Assembly: GCF_004010195.1 (NCBI RefSeq)
Contig: NC_057756.1
Coordinates: forward strand, 3,143,824 to 3,207,823
Direction: 5' to 3'
DNA: 64,000 bases
From: Chiloscyllium plagiosum
Lineage: Eukaryota
Positions 25,435 through 38,300 of the stretch are shown piece after piece. The notes beneath the pieces are model-generated. The model did no database searches and had not been told where the DNA came from. It worked only from the letters and a program-made list of their open reading frames with translations. Each line of letters starts with the position of its first letter. Positions within the stretch are counted from its first letter, which is position 1. The translations under genes and the position numbers were made by a program.

Positions 25435-28400
25435 GCTGGACATGCATGCAAACTACTGAATTCTCGGACCATTCATACACAGTCTGGAGTTGTCCTTACA
25501 TCTTCACCATCGTGGGAGTGATCAGCAACACTTCAAACGTTCAATTACAACTTATCCAGGTCCCAGTTTTAATTCAAGACAAAAGCTCCAGGTTCTACGG
25601 TTTGGTAGCCTCCTTAAAACGATAGACGTAATGTACCAGTAAATATAAATTTGACAACGTTTAAGTAACTTGCGCAGATCTTTCCCCACATTTTCACTTC
25701 TTTTGCAGCAGTATTATGAGTTTTTTGAGATGGCTTGAATCTTTCTACTAAATACATCTACTATTACTAGAAAACATTCGTAACAATGTAATTTACGTAA
25801 CTCTATAAAATCAAATTGCTGACAAGTGAAAATTACCAGGGAAAGGGGTAGTTCCAGAACCGGAGGGCATCCCTTTTCCATCATTCACGTTTAGAAGTAA
25901 GGCATACATGATCTCATTTCTCATCTGCTTTCTGGAAATGCGGGAGGTACCAGTTTTGCAGGAAATTATTAAGCACTCCCTCCTTGACAATTGTGCACAA
26001 TTATGCACATACTCGATTATTATATGTAGGAGCAAAGAAGGAACACAAACGCATAGTGTTTCCTACAAATTGGTTTGAGTATCATAGGTAGCACCCCATT
26101 TGAGGCCATAGCTTGTGCTTCTCAGTAGGGGCGTCCCCCCATACATTCTGCAGTGCACCCAGGTCTTGAATACTCTTTCTTGAACTGTATCTAAGCAGAT
26201 TTTGCTTCGAACTCGAGATCAGTGTTTTGCGTTGGAAGGCTGCCTGTTTGTCATCAGTGCCTACATGCTCATTGGCTGAAATGACTGCAGCCATAGCACC
26301 AGTGTGGCAATGATAAAGCCTGTAAGCGGTTATGGAAAAAAGTACTGAAAGGCTGTCCCTTGGAGCTTAGAAATACTCTATATTTCCTCAAGGCTCCGCA
26401 GCCATCGGCCGTGCCAAACGCATAGCGAGACTCGCTATATACATCTGCGAATTTATTATTAATAAAGCATGTCGATCCTGCAGTAGTTCCAAATTAAAGA
26501 TAACTGAAATTAACTCTCTAGTGGCCCTATCTCCCATAATGAAAACAAGGGCCTGCCATTCGTCTAAGAGGGAATATCAGTGTAACAGTCCCAATCCCAA
26601 AGGTGTTACACTGGTGCCTACAATTCCCCCTCAGTGGACGCATATCTGAATTTGGCTCCCTCCCTCGTGGGTAACTTGGTCCTATTCAATCCGCTCAGGG
26701 CTGTCAAATGACATGTAGGGATTGCGAGCTCGCAGGAAAAATTCTGTTTTCCCTGTAACTTGGATCTTGGCTTGCACTTGTTCTGGACTTCCCAATAGAA
26801 GTCCACCACGTATCTCATTTGCAACGACCAATTCTTGGACCGATTCCGATTATTTGTCTGGATCATGTCAACGACAGCAGAAGAAATACACAGCAAAAGC
26901 ATAGCTTTAAGTTGAATTATCTTCTTGAAAAGGATTGATCACCTGAAAATGTACCTTCATAGGCAATTAACTGTTTGCATTAATCAATTTGTGACTCCTC
27001 ACGTTTGGCTTTGCATTTCAGTACATCACCAATATTTGCAGGTTGTTGTAAGGTTAATTCTAACGACTAGAATATTTAGTGATACTGTGCATCATTGTTA
27101 TGGAGAGTCTGATTCAAGCCATTCAAACCGTGGGCAGACCCCACACAACCCTTGCCCACCTGTGCCATTAGTAAGTAACTTCAACCCGTGACAGGAGCAT
27201 ACAACAAAGTGTAAACAAGCCGAGAGAATCCATCTGGATTTTCCTTGAACATAACAAAAAGCAAAATAGCCTGGCTTCCCTTTGTGGTCAGTGGCTTGGT
27301 TCAATATCATAACTTTGTTTCTTGGGATGGCCCGAGGTTCAGATGGTCCAGGCCACACATTACCTGGATGTTGGCTATGAAGCTGTTAACCGATACCGGA
27401 CTCTTTACACTCAGAGTAAAGTAAAGGTCTAGAATCAGGGGATTTGCATAAACTACCAGGGAATGTCTGGGGCTCAATGGGTATCATGGATAAAATCCCC
27501 AATCCTCATCCATATCAGTATTATCCGCTTCACCATAAAGTGTCAATATGCCAGACATCAACTAAGTATCCGAGTGCAAGTTAGATTACATTTAAAAAGT
27601 TGTTGCTTCAACCTGTGATCATCTTCCTCAGACTTATCGGCATTACAGTGTTTCGTTTTTTTTTACACTGTTCCCCTATTCTTTTCATCCCACGTCTCCC
27701 CATTCACACCGAGCTTCTAACATCTCCCAGCTTTTGCGAGTTCCATCAGTTGTACATATCTCTGTCCAAATTTCACATGCATTATTCCGCCAAATGGCCA
27801 GCAAGGTGCCTTTGCATTCAATATCCCAGCTATCCTTCCATTCTTTATTAAATAATCAATACTATTTCTCACAATGTTCCTTGCAAAAGAGGTTTACCAC
27901 CAGTTAACAAGATAGCACAGCCGAGGTCCTTAGTTTCGAAAGCTACAAAGTGGGTACAGAATGAAGAGCAAAATGGTATAAAAATAATATAATAAAGTTT
28001 TTAAACAAAAAAAAATCATCAATAATGTATCTCGAATGACCATATTAAATTTTCTAAAACTGAAAGAATTCAACTATTGGTATGTTCTAAAATTTAAAAT
28101 ATGCCCACAGTATCATTGCCCATTTTGGCTGCTGATCTGTTTGTTAATGTCGATTGAAGAAATGTCCCAAAGACTAACCTTATTCTAGCAACTTCTGTTG
28201 CAAAACAATAAAATAATCCCTTTTGAGCTGTCACTAATACATTTAATTTGAATATCTAAGGGAAGGAATGCTTCTATATAATTCAGAACTGGCAGTGTAC
28301 ACAGTCTCAACAATCTCCTACTATTAGCCAAGCTTAGCAAATAAAAATTAAAATGACAACAACACAAAAAGTGATTCCACGTTCAGTGCCAGTGTTTTGC

Positions 28401-31400
28401 ATGATGGTGACAGAAAGCGTCACTTTATCTTCATGTTTCTTCTCTTGCTACCGACGCTTTCCCTCATATTGCTAAAACTTTTATTGGCAATTGCATCTAT
28501 AAAACGGAATTGTATAAAAAGCAATCGAACTTGCCAATTAATTGTGATTTTGAAATTCAGCAATAACACAAATCCAAAAAAAGACGCATTCTATAATTGA
28601 TAGAATGTGTGCGACAATTGACTAAGAAATTATTCTGATAATTAAGAATTACAAAGGAACATAAATGTCCCAAATTGAATAAAATACAATAAAGATTGCG
28701 TAGAGAAAATTGGTTAAGAATAGTCCTAACAAGTGCACAAGACCCAAACTTTTATTTTCCTCAAAGTAAATCAAACTCCAATAAGCTAATAGAAAACAAG
28801 GCATTGTTTAGTGTTTCAAGCAAAATGTAAAATACGTTAAAATTAACCCAAAACGCTTACGTTAAACCACCTGTGGAGAATTAACATAAAACAATTTAGT
28901 AATTTAAACCACCTAACATGCCACGGATGAAACTGGACTGCGGGCAAAGCACATTTGCAACAAATTAAACAATCCACACTGCTTTAAAAAAAAAGTAAAA
29001 ACAAATTAAAGGATTCTACAAAGCTATAGATGCTAAAGATTAGATTAAAAATAATGGAATTCCAATTTAATGCTCATTAATCTCACAGATTTTAAAAGGT
29101 ATCGAACCTAGATATAAAACTTAAAATGGTAAAGGCCAAGCAGGAAATAATATTTTAATTTCTGTGACAAGAAACGAAATAATTTCTAACCTTAGAGATA
29201 ATTGATTTACAATGTCACTTCTTAAAACAAAAAATGGCAAAATCAAAAATGAAACAAAAATGTATCATTTACCTAATAATTTAGAAAATAAACGAATCAA
29301 GTGATTACACAGACAATGTATCGAATTATGCAATCAATGTGACAATTCCAGAATTTGAAATGTATAAATATACCAATACTGTAAAAAACGTTTTTTCGTT
29401 GAGCACCATATTCGTTATAATTAAATATTTGGAACAAATGACACAATTGCGCGTTACACTATTTAAAGAATAATGAATGAGGTCAAGAAATATGAAAAAA
29501 AAACATGTCCATGAATAACGGCTTAAATGCCTATATCTTAATATCACAGCAGAAGACTACATTTATTTCCAGAGAAGGGAGAACTATATTTTAAGAAATG
29601 CCTAAAGACATGTTTAAAAATTATATTTATGAAAGCATATATGAATATAAATTCACATCAGCACATGCAAGGGCAGGTGTATCCACATCAGTTGTATTAG
29701 ATATTTCAAAATTTTACCAAAATCAAGTTAACAAGCAATAGTTTTCGTGGAAAAAAACGAAAGATGAGTTTATTCAGCCAGAAGGTAAAATTCCAAACGT
29801 AATGAAATCAAATTCCAAAAGTTAAATTAAACCAATGTTCAGAAACCAATTTCTTTAAGCAAAACATTCCTGGCAGATATTAGCGCAGAAAGTCATTCAA
29901 AAGGTGGAAAATAAACTTGACACATGTATGATCAATACTAATAGTAAATGAAAACACAGCCAACACTTTAAAATCAGCAAGAATATACAAAATGCAGATT
30001 TCAATCAAACATTTCCGGATCACAATTCGAAGGAACAAAATACATTGGTTAAATAAGACCACATGAAACACCAAAAGAGAAAAAAAAAATACAGATTTAG
30101 TACTTTGCAGCCTCTCTTTCCCTGTCTTTCTCTTTCCATTGTTTTATGCAATCATATGTACAAGTATCATCAGGTGCAAACCTCCTCTTGTTTTTCTCTA
30201 CAGTTCACCCATTTCGTGGAAAAAGTGATAGGTTTGGAATCAGGTCCACATTCTACGGAAGATGTTCCTCACATACACACGGTCACAATCATTCAATGAT
30301 TCAAACAGGATGTTGGCTCAAGCATAAATTAAAATTTAACAAATTGCCCAACTAACACAAACGAATTACAAAACGTCCATTTTATCTGAGGGCCCTGCAC
30401 ACACTGTAAGTCGTTTTCCTGATCAGGATTTATCTCGCATGTGGTATGAAAGTGAGAACTTTTTCCAAAAACATCAAGGGACTGTCCCATTTTAACTTAT
30501 GACTCTGTGCTGTGCGAAAAAAAAAACAACTGACACTATGAACAAAATGGTGTGAGAAACTGAACAAGTCTGTCCTCCTTTTTCTGTTACCTCACAACTT
30601 CCAACGACCATAAGAACACAACGGAGTGTGAATATCTCTTATTTTCAAATCGGCATACAAATACGACAGAGTGAGAAATTTACAGAGCCCATTCCCCTTT
30701 CCGCAATAACTCATACCTTACACTGGTCATATTAAAAGAACAGAGTTTGAAGATTACCGATACTGCCTTCCTTTCTCAGCAATCTAAAAACTTGACCAGC
30801 CATAACCGAATGATCAGAAAACCATGATCACCAAAACCCAAACAAAAGAGACATTTCAACTAGATATATTAAACAAAACGCCTCAAATTTCAAACGGCCG
30901 TATTAAACAAAATCTGTCAAATTTTAAAAGACCATATCAAACAATAGCAGAAGAGCAGTAAATTTACCTAAACCTGATTGACCAAGTGGTTGTTTTGATA
31001 CCTTCAAAGTACAAGTCTCACTGGACGAGAGGGAGATAGTTTATTTCGGACAAAAAGAGTGGTCTTAGGGTAAAGCACCTGAGGATCTTTACAACAGTGT
31101 GTGTCTGACACAAAGAGTCGGTTGATTAATCAGAAATGTTCCCTCTGTTGAGAACCGCGGTCGCAGCATCATATATGAACTTACACATTCTCGAAGCACT
31201 ATTAGATTGCAAAATGGCAATCATTATTTTAGTTAATCCAGCGAGAGATGAACAGACAAAGCTCGGTATCAAAGACATGGCCCTGAATACGTTGATAATA
31301 TCCCAAATCTTAACATAGAGTAAGCATAATTTAAACCTTTACTTTACACAGTCATCTCAGTTTTCACTGATTCCTATCGTATCATTGTTCTAATGTTAAT

Positions 31401-31480
31401 TAGTTTCACATTAGCTAAGTAATACATTACTGTTGTTTGCCGAATAAAATAGACAATAGTGTGAATGTGGTGAAATTTAC
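25435..31480 (-). mobile_element. heavily deleted endogenous retrovirus (gag, protease, RNase H and integrase relics; no RT or env seen)
   Basis: minus strand: gag-like APCWPFGG ~27790; protease end GLLLGSPEQVQAKIQ ~26790; RNase H VYSESRYAFGT..GAL..R.FLSSKGQP ~26350-26445; integrase QFDFIEL..FLVIVDVFSRKIQA ~25730-25820; integrase C-terminus EPGAFVL..FEVLLITPTMVK ~25500-25600; AATAAA and putative LTR ~30990-31480. Confidence 0.8.
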
Positions 31481-31691
31481 ATCACAATCAGTATGACGTT
31501 GTAGTGACTGTCTGGGAAACAGTCTGGGAAACAGACAGATATTTAATTATGCCAAGATTCATACATTCCTTATTTAATTTTAAATGTCACTGTGCTTTAC
31601 CATGTTACAAGACAAATTACTTTTGCAGGGAGGAGACTTATGAAAGAGAGGTATTATATCCTGAAGGCAATCTGTTTGAAAATTAAACGAA

Positions 31692-32680
31692 AAGCAGGAT
31701 ATTTCCAATGTAGTCATTTATTGTGCAAACATCATCCTCTCCATAATCAAAGCAATGATGGATGTTGTTATCATTATTGCTTTCAGGCATGTCCTGTTGA
31801 GTACAATCCTTCCCATAGATCTCAGTTTAGCCTTCCAAACAGGGAAAAAAGAGCTAAAGTAAAGAGGTCATCCAAGGATGTCTGACGTTGCCATGAATGA
31901 TCCATTTGACCAAATGTCGCATTAGTACATTGGAGAAAAAAAAAACTGGAAGTAATGAGATTCAAAGACAGTATTCTCCATTGGCTGGTATATGTTCTGA
32001 CCAAATGCAAGGTGGATGTGGTGGCCGTAGGTTAGTTATCCGAGATCCAAGTTAACTCTGTCGCTGTTCCTAAAAGTTGTGTCATTGGTCAAAACATCAT
32101 CCAATGTTCCATGAATGGAATTCCCACTCTTGCATGATCATATGTGTGAATGTTCACAGACTTTGTAAAACAGTGGGTATTTAATTGGATCAAAGATATA
32201 TGTACTATGGCCTCCAGCTCACGACAGAGATAAAAACCTCGCAGTATTCAATTCATGTCCTGACCTCCCAATGCTTCCCCACTATCTGCACGTCATCAGC
32301 CACGAATGCAATATAACACTGTTCATTGGCCTGGGTGACAGCATGTCGAAAGATAATTCCACACATGAAACCACCAGACTTACAACAGTCAGTTTAAACA
32401 GCATCATGTTAACAAATATAAGTCTCCTAACCAAAAAAAAAGTCATTACCAGCAGTCTGAAGTTTCCACGCAGTGCAGTGCAGTAATTAACTAAGTTTGC
32501 TTGAGCAACCCTTTCGAAATTTATGTCGACTGTAAGGATTCTGGAAGCATATACCTTTTGAAAGGAACCACCTGCAAATTCCTCTCTAAGCGACGTAACA
32601 TCCTGACTCGCAACTACATCACGTTTCCTTTTTTGTCACTGCGACAAAATCCAGGACATCCCTCCCTAACAGTGGTGCTT
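31692..32680 (+). mobile_element. old non-LTR retrotransposon RT fragment, same family as 24945-25432
   Basis: shares aatgatgga.gttgttat.attattgcttt with 25381-25410; ends near ccctccctaacag. Confidence 0.65.
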
Positions 32681-32699
32681 CAATGATTTTCATTTTGAA

Positions 32700-33058
32700 A
32701 ATCATAGAAAATGCGGAAATCACACTCTAAGGGAGGGGGCCAGATGTTGTGCAGGAGATCCGACTTTACACCATAACTTATTCCACTTGACAAAAGTTTA
32801 TATGATGAATCGGAGACAGAAAAAAAAATCACCATCACCTTCTGCCTTACTGCACTAACTCAATTTTGAAACTATTTAGAACACTGCCTTGGATTGAATT
32901 AGCATATCCCCATTTCACTACTTTTTCAACAAAAGACTTTATAAAAATCTTCAATGAACTCCATGTGTAGTAAATCATCAGCAAGTCTGAAATCTGCATA
33001 CAAAGTCAATTTCCGGAAATAAAAGTGGGAGCAATTTCGTTGGAGGCTGTATCCACCT
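32700..33058 (+). pseudogene. collagen-like exon relic
   Basis: GNH|TLR|EGA|RCC|A|GDP|TLH|HNL and FP|EIK|V|GAI|SLE|AVS. Confidence 0.5.
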
Positions 33059-33850
33059 GTTGTGATATAGCATAAAACACTCTGCTAATTCAACCTGAAA
33101 GAAAGAGACGCCCATCTCCCACCAAAATCTTTTAAATTTCTAGAAACAAAGAACTGCCCCAGAGGTCACTACTAAAAGTACAAATTAACAATTTTATTCT
33201 TTCAGTCCAAAAAAGAACGTCAGACAACGTTTTACAATTCCTTTTTCTTAAACCTACCTTTTAACTTTCACTCGACAATATGTCTCTAATTAAGAAAATA
33301 CACTTCAGACTTAAAACAAAATCGCAAGCAGTCAACTTTGTCGATTCTCCTTTGTGGATGTTTCTCTGCAGATATTTCTCTAGGTCGGTTTCAATATTAC
33401 GCACCACATTTTCCTTATGGGCATGTACATTTCAGAAAGTTCAGCTGGTATATTATACTGATAGCTTTTCTTGACCGTTCTCCAACTAAATGTTCAAATC
33501 GCTGGTTTGATAATTCGAAATATCGGATCATATATTTAGTTAAATGTTGTCAAAATACTAAATACAACCTTCTTTGGAGTTTGATATCTGTTGTGTATTT
33601 TAAACGGATTGGCAGAATTTGAATTTGCTTTTTTGTAACATAGCAACTCAGCAGCACTATTGGTTTCACAGCCAAATGTTCATTTTAAATCCGTTCAGTA
33701 TACTCTGTGCCTCTCTAAGTACCTTGCAGCTTCCAGTCTGTCTTAAAGTTGCAGTACCAACCGACACCTTGATGCCACATCCACTCTTAACAAAAAAAGA
33801 AAACATAATGAAAAAAGGGTTTAATATGCTTTTCTGTATTCCTTAACCAC
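33059..33850 (-). mobile_element. solo LTR related to the Gypsy LTR at 39357-40082
   Basis: aligns by eye, e.g. agacaacgttttacaattcctttttcttaaacctacc versus agacaactatttacaactcctttctcttaaacctatc. Confidence 0.75.
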
Positions 33851-34289
33851 ATTTTCATGACATACATATTAATTTAATTTAAAGTCGTATTAACTTCTAC
33901 ATAAAACAATGAATAATTAACAAATTTATCTCTACTTCATTAGTTAAATCGGTGATAACACATATGCAATTACAGTCTTATGACCCGCAAAGTGCAATTT
34001 GTAAAATGAAAGTCTGTTACGTAAGACTCCAATGAAACAGTCAAATATTCTTGTATTTACAGCATTTCAAGAATGTAAGAGAAATATGATCCGTGTACAG
34101 AATTGTTCTGACATATTGATTGTGATGTACACATTAAAATATTGCAATGCCACTCGCAAACTCAATAGTTCTTTTTCCATTTTGGAGTATTTCGTCTAAT
34201 TGATGTTGATTTTCTTCGGATAACCAACTGTCAGCTCAATCCGATCTTCATCTTTCCATCGTAGCATAGCTCCAACTTCTATGTCACTA

Positions 34290-34740
34290 TTTGGAGATGC
34301 CGGTATTGGACAGGGCTGTACAAAATTAAAAATCACACAACACCCGGTTATAGTCCAACAGGTTTAATTAGAAGCATACTAGCTTTCGGAGCGACACTCC
34401 TTCATCAGGTGATAGTGGAGAGCTCAATCGTAACACAGACTTTATAGCAGAAATTTACAGCATGATGTGACTGAAATTATACATTGAAAATTTGATTGCC
34501 TGTTAAGCTTTTCATCTGTTTGAATACAATATTTAAATACTGTATTCGAACAGATGAAAAGCTTAACAATCAATTTTTCAACGTATAATTTCAGTTACAT
34601 CGCACTGTAAATTTTTGCAATAAATTCTGTGTTAGGATTGAGCCCTCCACTATCCCCTGATGATGGAGCGCCGCTCCGAAAGCTAGTGTGCTTCCAATTA
34701 AACCTGTTGGACTATAACCGGGTGTTGTGTGATTTTTAGC
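34290..34740. mobile_element. ~450-bp hairpin-type element with 14-bp target-site duplication
   Basis: ~200-bp inverted arms centred near 34530; cttctatgtcacta at 34276-34289 and cttctgtgtcacta at 34741-34754. Confidence 0.88.
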
Positions 34741-35330
34741 CTTCTGTGTCACTAGCATCGATACCAACTTTATCAGATTCCGAAAAGATTGGTTTTGCTA
34801 AAACTTGTGCAGTGGTTCACATTGGTTTGAAATGGCTGAATGCCTCCTGGCATTGTTCATTTCAGCAAACCATTGTGTTCTTCCTCAGCAAAAAAGTGAA
34901 TAGTGCCATTACACTGCTGAAGTTTGGAACACAATTCTGATATAATGCGTATAGTGCCAAAAATTGAAGCTCCACATTCTCGCATTTGGCAGTGGACCTT
35001 TCTCAATGGCTTTTGACTTTGCATTTGGTGGGGTCAACCTTCTATGACCGATGTTATGTCACAAGAACGTCACGGCTTCCTTTGCGAATTTAGTTTCATT
35101 TCGATGTTTTACCCTTTTTTCATGTTCGTAGTCGCCAAAGAGATCTTCCAATTGTGTTGCCTGATCATCCAGGATTTACTACATCGTCCAAGTGGACTTC
35201 ACAGTATGTTAATCCAGCTACAACTCTTGGTATATGCCAGGAGCGTTCTTAATTCTAAATGGCATCACTTTGAATTGATATAGAGCACTTGTTATTACAA
35301 ACGCAAAAGTTTATTTCACCATCAATGATA
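34741..35330 (+). pseudogene. collagen-like exon relic
   Basis: ORF 34746-34940: SLA|SIP|TLS..EKI|GFA|KTC|AVV|HI|GLK|WLN|ASW. Confidence 0.55.
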
Positions 35331-35334
35331 AAGA

Positions 35335-38300
35335 TACCCATCAGTAAACAAACAGTAAGTCCAACTTGTTGATCTTAACTGGCTTGTGAAAATTTCTCCA
35401 TATAGTACTCCAAACTCCGTATTAGATATGAGTCCAAGAATCGTTGAGTCCTGTCAGGATCAGGAACGAAGACAATGAGCGACTTCCACGCGGTCTGGCT
35501 TGGTTCGATGATATTATCTTTGAACATGGTCTCCTCGTCCTTCTGGACCTGTCTGGCTTTGAAGAGATTACGTCGATAGAGGTATTGTTTTATTGGAACA
35601 CCATTCCCTAGCATTTATCCTCTCTATGTCATTACTACACATAATACTGCGGTAACAAACCTTTCAACTGTGATCTGTTCCTGAGACCGATAGTCTACTA
35701 ACTTTCCCACTCCCCAAGAACTTCTTCGTTTTTAACATATTTTGACACACATCAAAATCCAATATAACTGGATTTCATTCTTCACTCTGTTGGGCAGTAA
35801 CTGACAGCTGTTTCCCCAGTTTATTTTTATTTTTCTCATTAGTATACTAAGGTTTCAACATGTTCACAGTAGATAATCAATACAGTTTTTGCTTCTATCT
35901 GAAGTCTTTACTCGATAGATCACCTGACTCATTTTTTTTTCAAATTGATAGAGAGTACTAAACTTGGTTATGAAGAGATCTCCTATTATTAGAACAGTAC
36001 ACATGCATCATACACTCGGAAATAAAAAATCAGTGTCTCACAAAATTTTACCTGCCAAATGCTTCACTTATGCTGTGCCCAGTTTAGGTGTTGTTTATCT
36101 AATTCATCCAACAATTTAGTCACTCCGTCACCTCCGATATACAATCAAATTGTGTGATCTCCAAATTTGACCTGCAATTATTCTTTAAGTAATATCAAAG
36201 GGCCTCTCACTTCATGCCCAAACATCCACTCGAATAGAATAAACTCAGTAGATTAGTTTGGGGCACCTGGAATGGCCAACATTACTAATGGGATTTCTTT
36301 ATACCGACTATTCGGGTGATCTAGAGAAAATGCACTCAACATGGTCTTCAAGGTCTGATACCACCTTTGTAAAGCTCACTGGGATTCAGGATGATACGCA
36401 TTTGACTGAAAGTACTCTATACCAAAGCTATCCATGACCTCGTATAACATCTTAACAGCAAAATTAGACCCTTGGTCCAACTAAAACTCTCTGGTAGAGC
36501 ATACCACGTGAAGAAAGCTACTAACACCTTTACCACACTTTTGCGTTGATACTCCATCATGGAGCTGTCTCCCGAAAACTGGCCACACTTCAGTTTAGGT
36601 TAACAAGCGCTAGTTCCCAGTTGTATGTTATGAGAGGGGACCTGCGTAATCAATTATAACACGCATAAAATATTCTTCAAATGTGGGAATTGGCAAAGAA
36701 GGTGTGGCTTTCATTGCCGCCTGAGGCTTACTTACCTCTTGACATGTATGACAATTACAGCAAAATTTAAACACAGCTTTGTGTATTGGAGGCCAACAAA
36801 AATGTTTCTGCACAATCGCCTGATTCTTTTGTACACCTGGTTAACATCCTAGAGGTAGTTCATGTGCTACCTGTAACATGTCTCTGTCTGCGTGCTATGA
36901 GAAACACAATCTGGCGCACTTTGGCAGGTTGTCGCAAACTGAACCTTAACTTCTTCACCTTTCTCTTAAGTCTTTGCTTCGTGCTGTGAGTTATAATAGT
37001 GGGATTCAAAGTTTGGGAGAAGATTTGTAGCTCGGGTGCTCGTTGTTGTGGTTCTGTTCGCCGAGCTGGGAATTTGTCTTGCAAACGTTTCATCCCCTGT
37101 CTAGGTGACATCCTCAGTGCTTGGGAGCCTCCTGTGAAGCGCTTCTGTGATGTTTCCTCCGGCATTTATAGTGGCCTGTCTCTGCCGCTTCCGGTTGTCA
37201 GTTCCAGCGGTCCGCTGTAGTGGCCGGTATATTGGGTCCAGGTCGATGTGTTTGTTGATAGAGTCTGTGGATGAGTGCCATGCCTCTAGGAATTCCCTGG
37301 CTGTTCTCTGTTTGGCTTGCCCTACAATGGTAGTGTTGTCCCATCGAATTCATGTTGCTTGTCATCTGCGTGTTTGGCTACTAAGGATAGCTGGTCGTGT
37401 CGTTTCGTGGCTCGTTGGTGGAAAATACCAGGATATTATTCTCTTATCTCCTCAGTTTTGACCTTCATTGGGTTTGTTTTTCTATATAAACATGTGTCAC
37501 TCTCACCTTGGACACATCTATGAATAATTTCCAAAAACAAACCGAATTTCAGGAACTGTCAGTCTGTCAAGCACTACCACTGAACCTTACCCAGTCTTCA
37601 GGGGGCACTCCAACCTGATCTTATATAGGGCAACGCCAAATTTCTGGCCATCTATAGAAAAGAATTACCACACTCTCGGATAACAGATCAGAAGCTGTGC
37701 ACGTTCGCTCATTTCTTACTATTAAAGTCTGCTTATATCCTGTACCTCTCAAAACCATAACTTGTTGCCATTCCCTCCCTGTTCTTTCTGATTAAACTTT
37801 CTCCACAAAGGCGGAATCTCTATAGAGGTTAAGTACTATCTCCATATTCAGCCCCTGTCTATGCTGTGCCCTCTCCTCCAGCTCCTCAGCTTTTTGTGGA
37901 TACCCTTTAATACTGATACCAATGCCATTTGCTAAGCTTCTAGTACCACATCTTTTCCCACAGTGCCTTTCTTTCATGACCAGCACTGTGGCTTTACGTG
38001 TCCCACTATACCACAATGGAAACACCTGAGGCCATTCAACTCCTTTGATCCTCCTGGGCTTCTTTCTTTTTACCCTGTGTGAAACAGTTGCCATTGTTCT
38101 CTACTCTTTGTTTTGAAGTGTATGATCTCGCGTTCTCCCAAATTCTACCCCTAACAGGACGAAATTCTGGCCGGAAGGTTGTCTTGTGCATTGACATGTA
38201 TTCCTCTGTTAATTCTGCTGCCCTCTTACCTCCTGAAGTTTATGATCATCCACGTGAATTCTTCCCGTCTCTGCAAGTGAGTTTTCAAAGTCGTCCAGCA

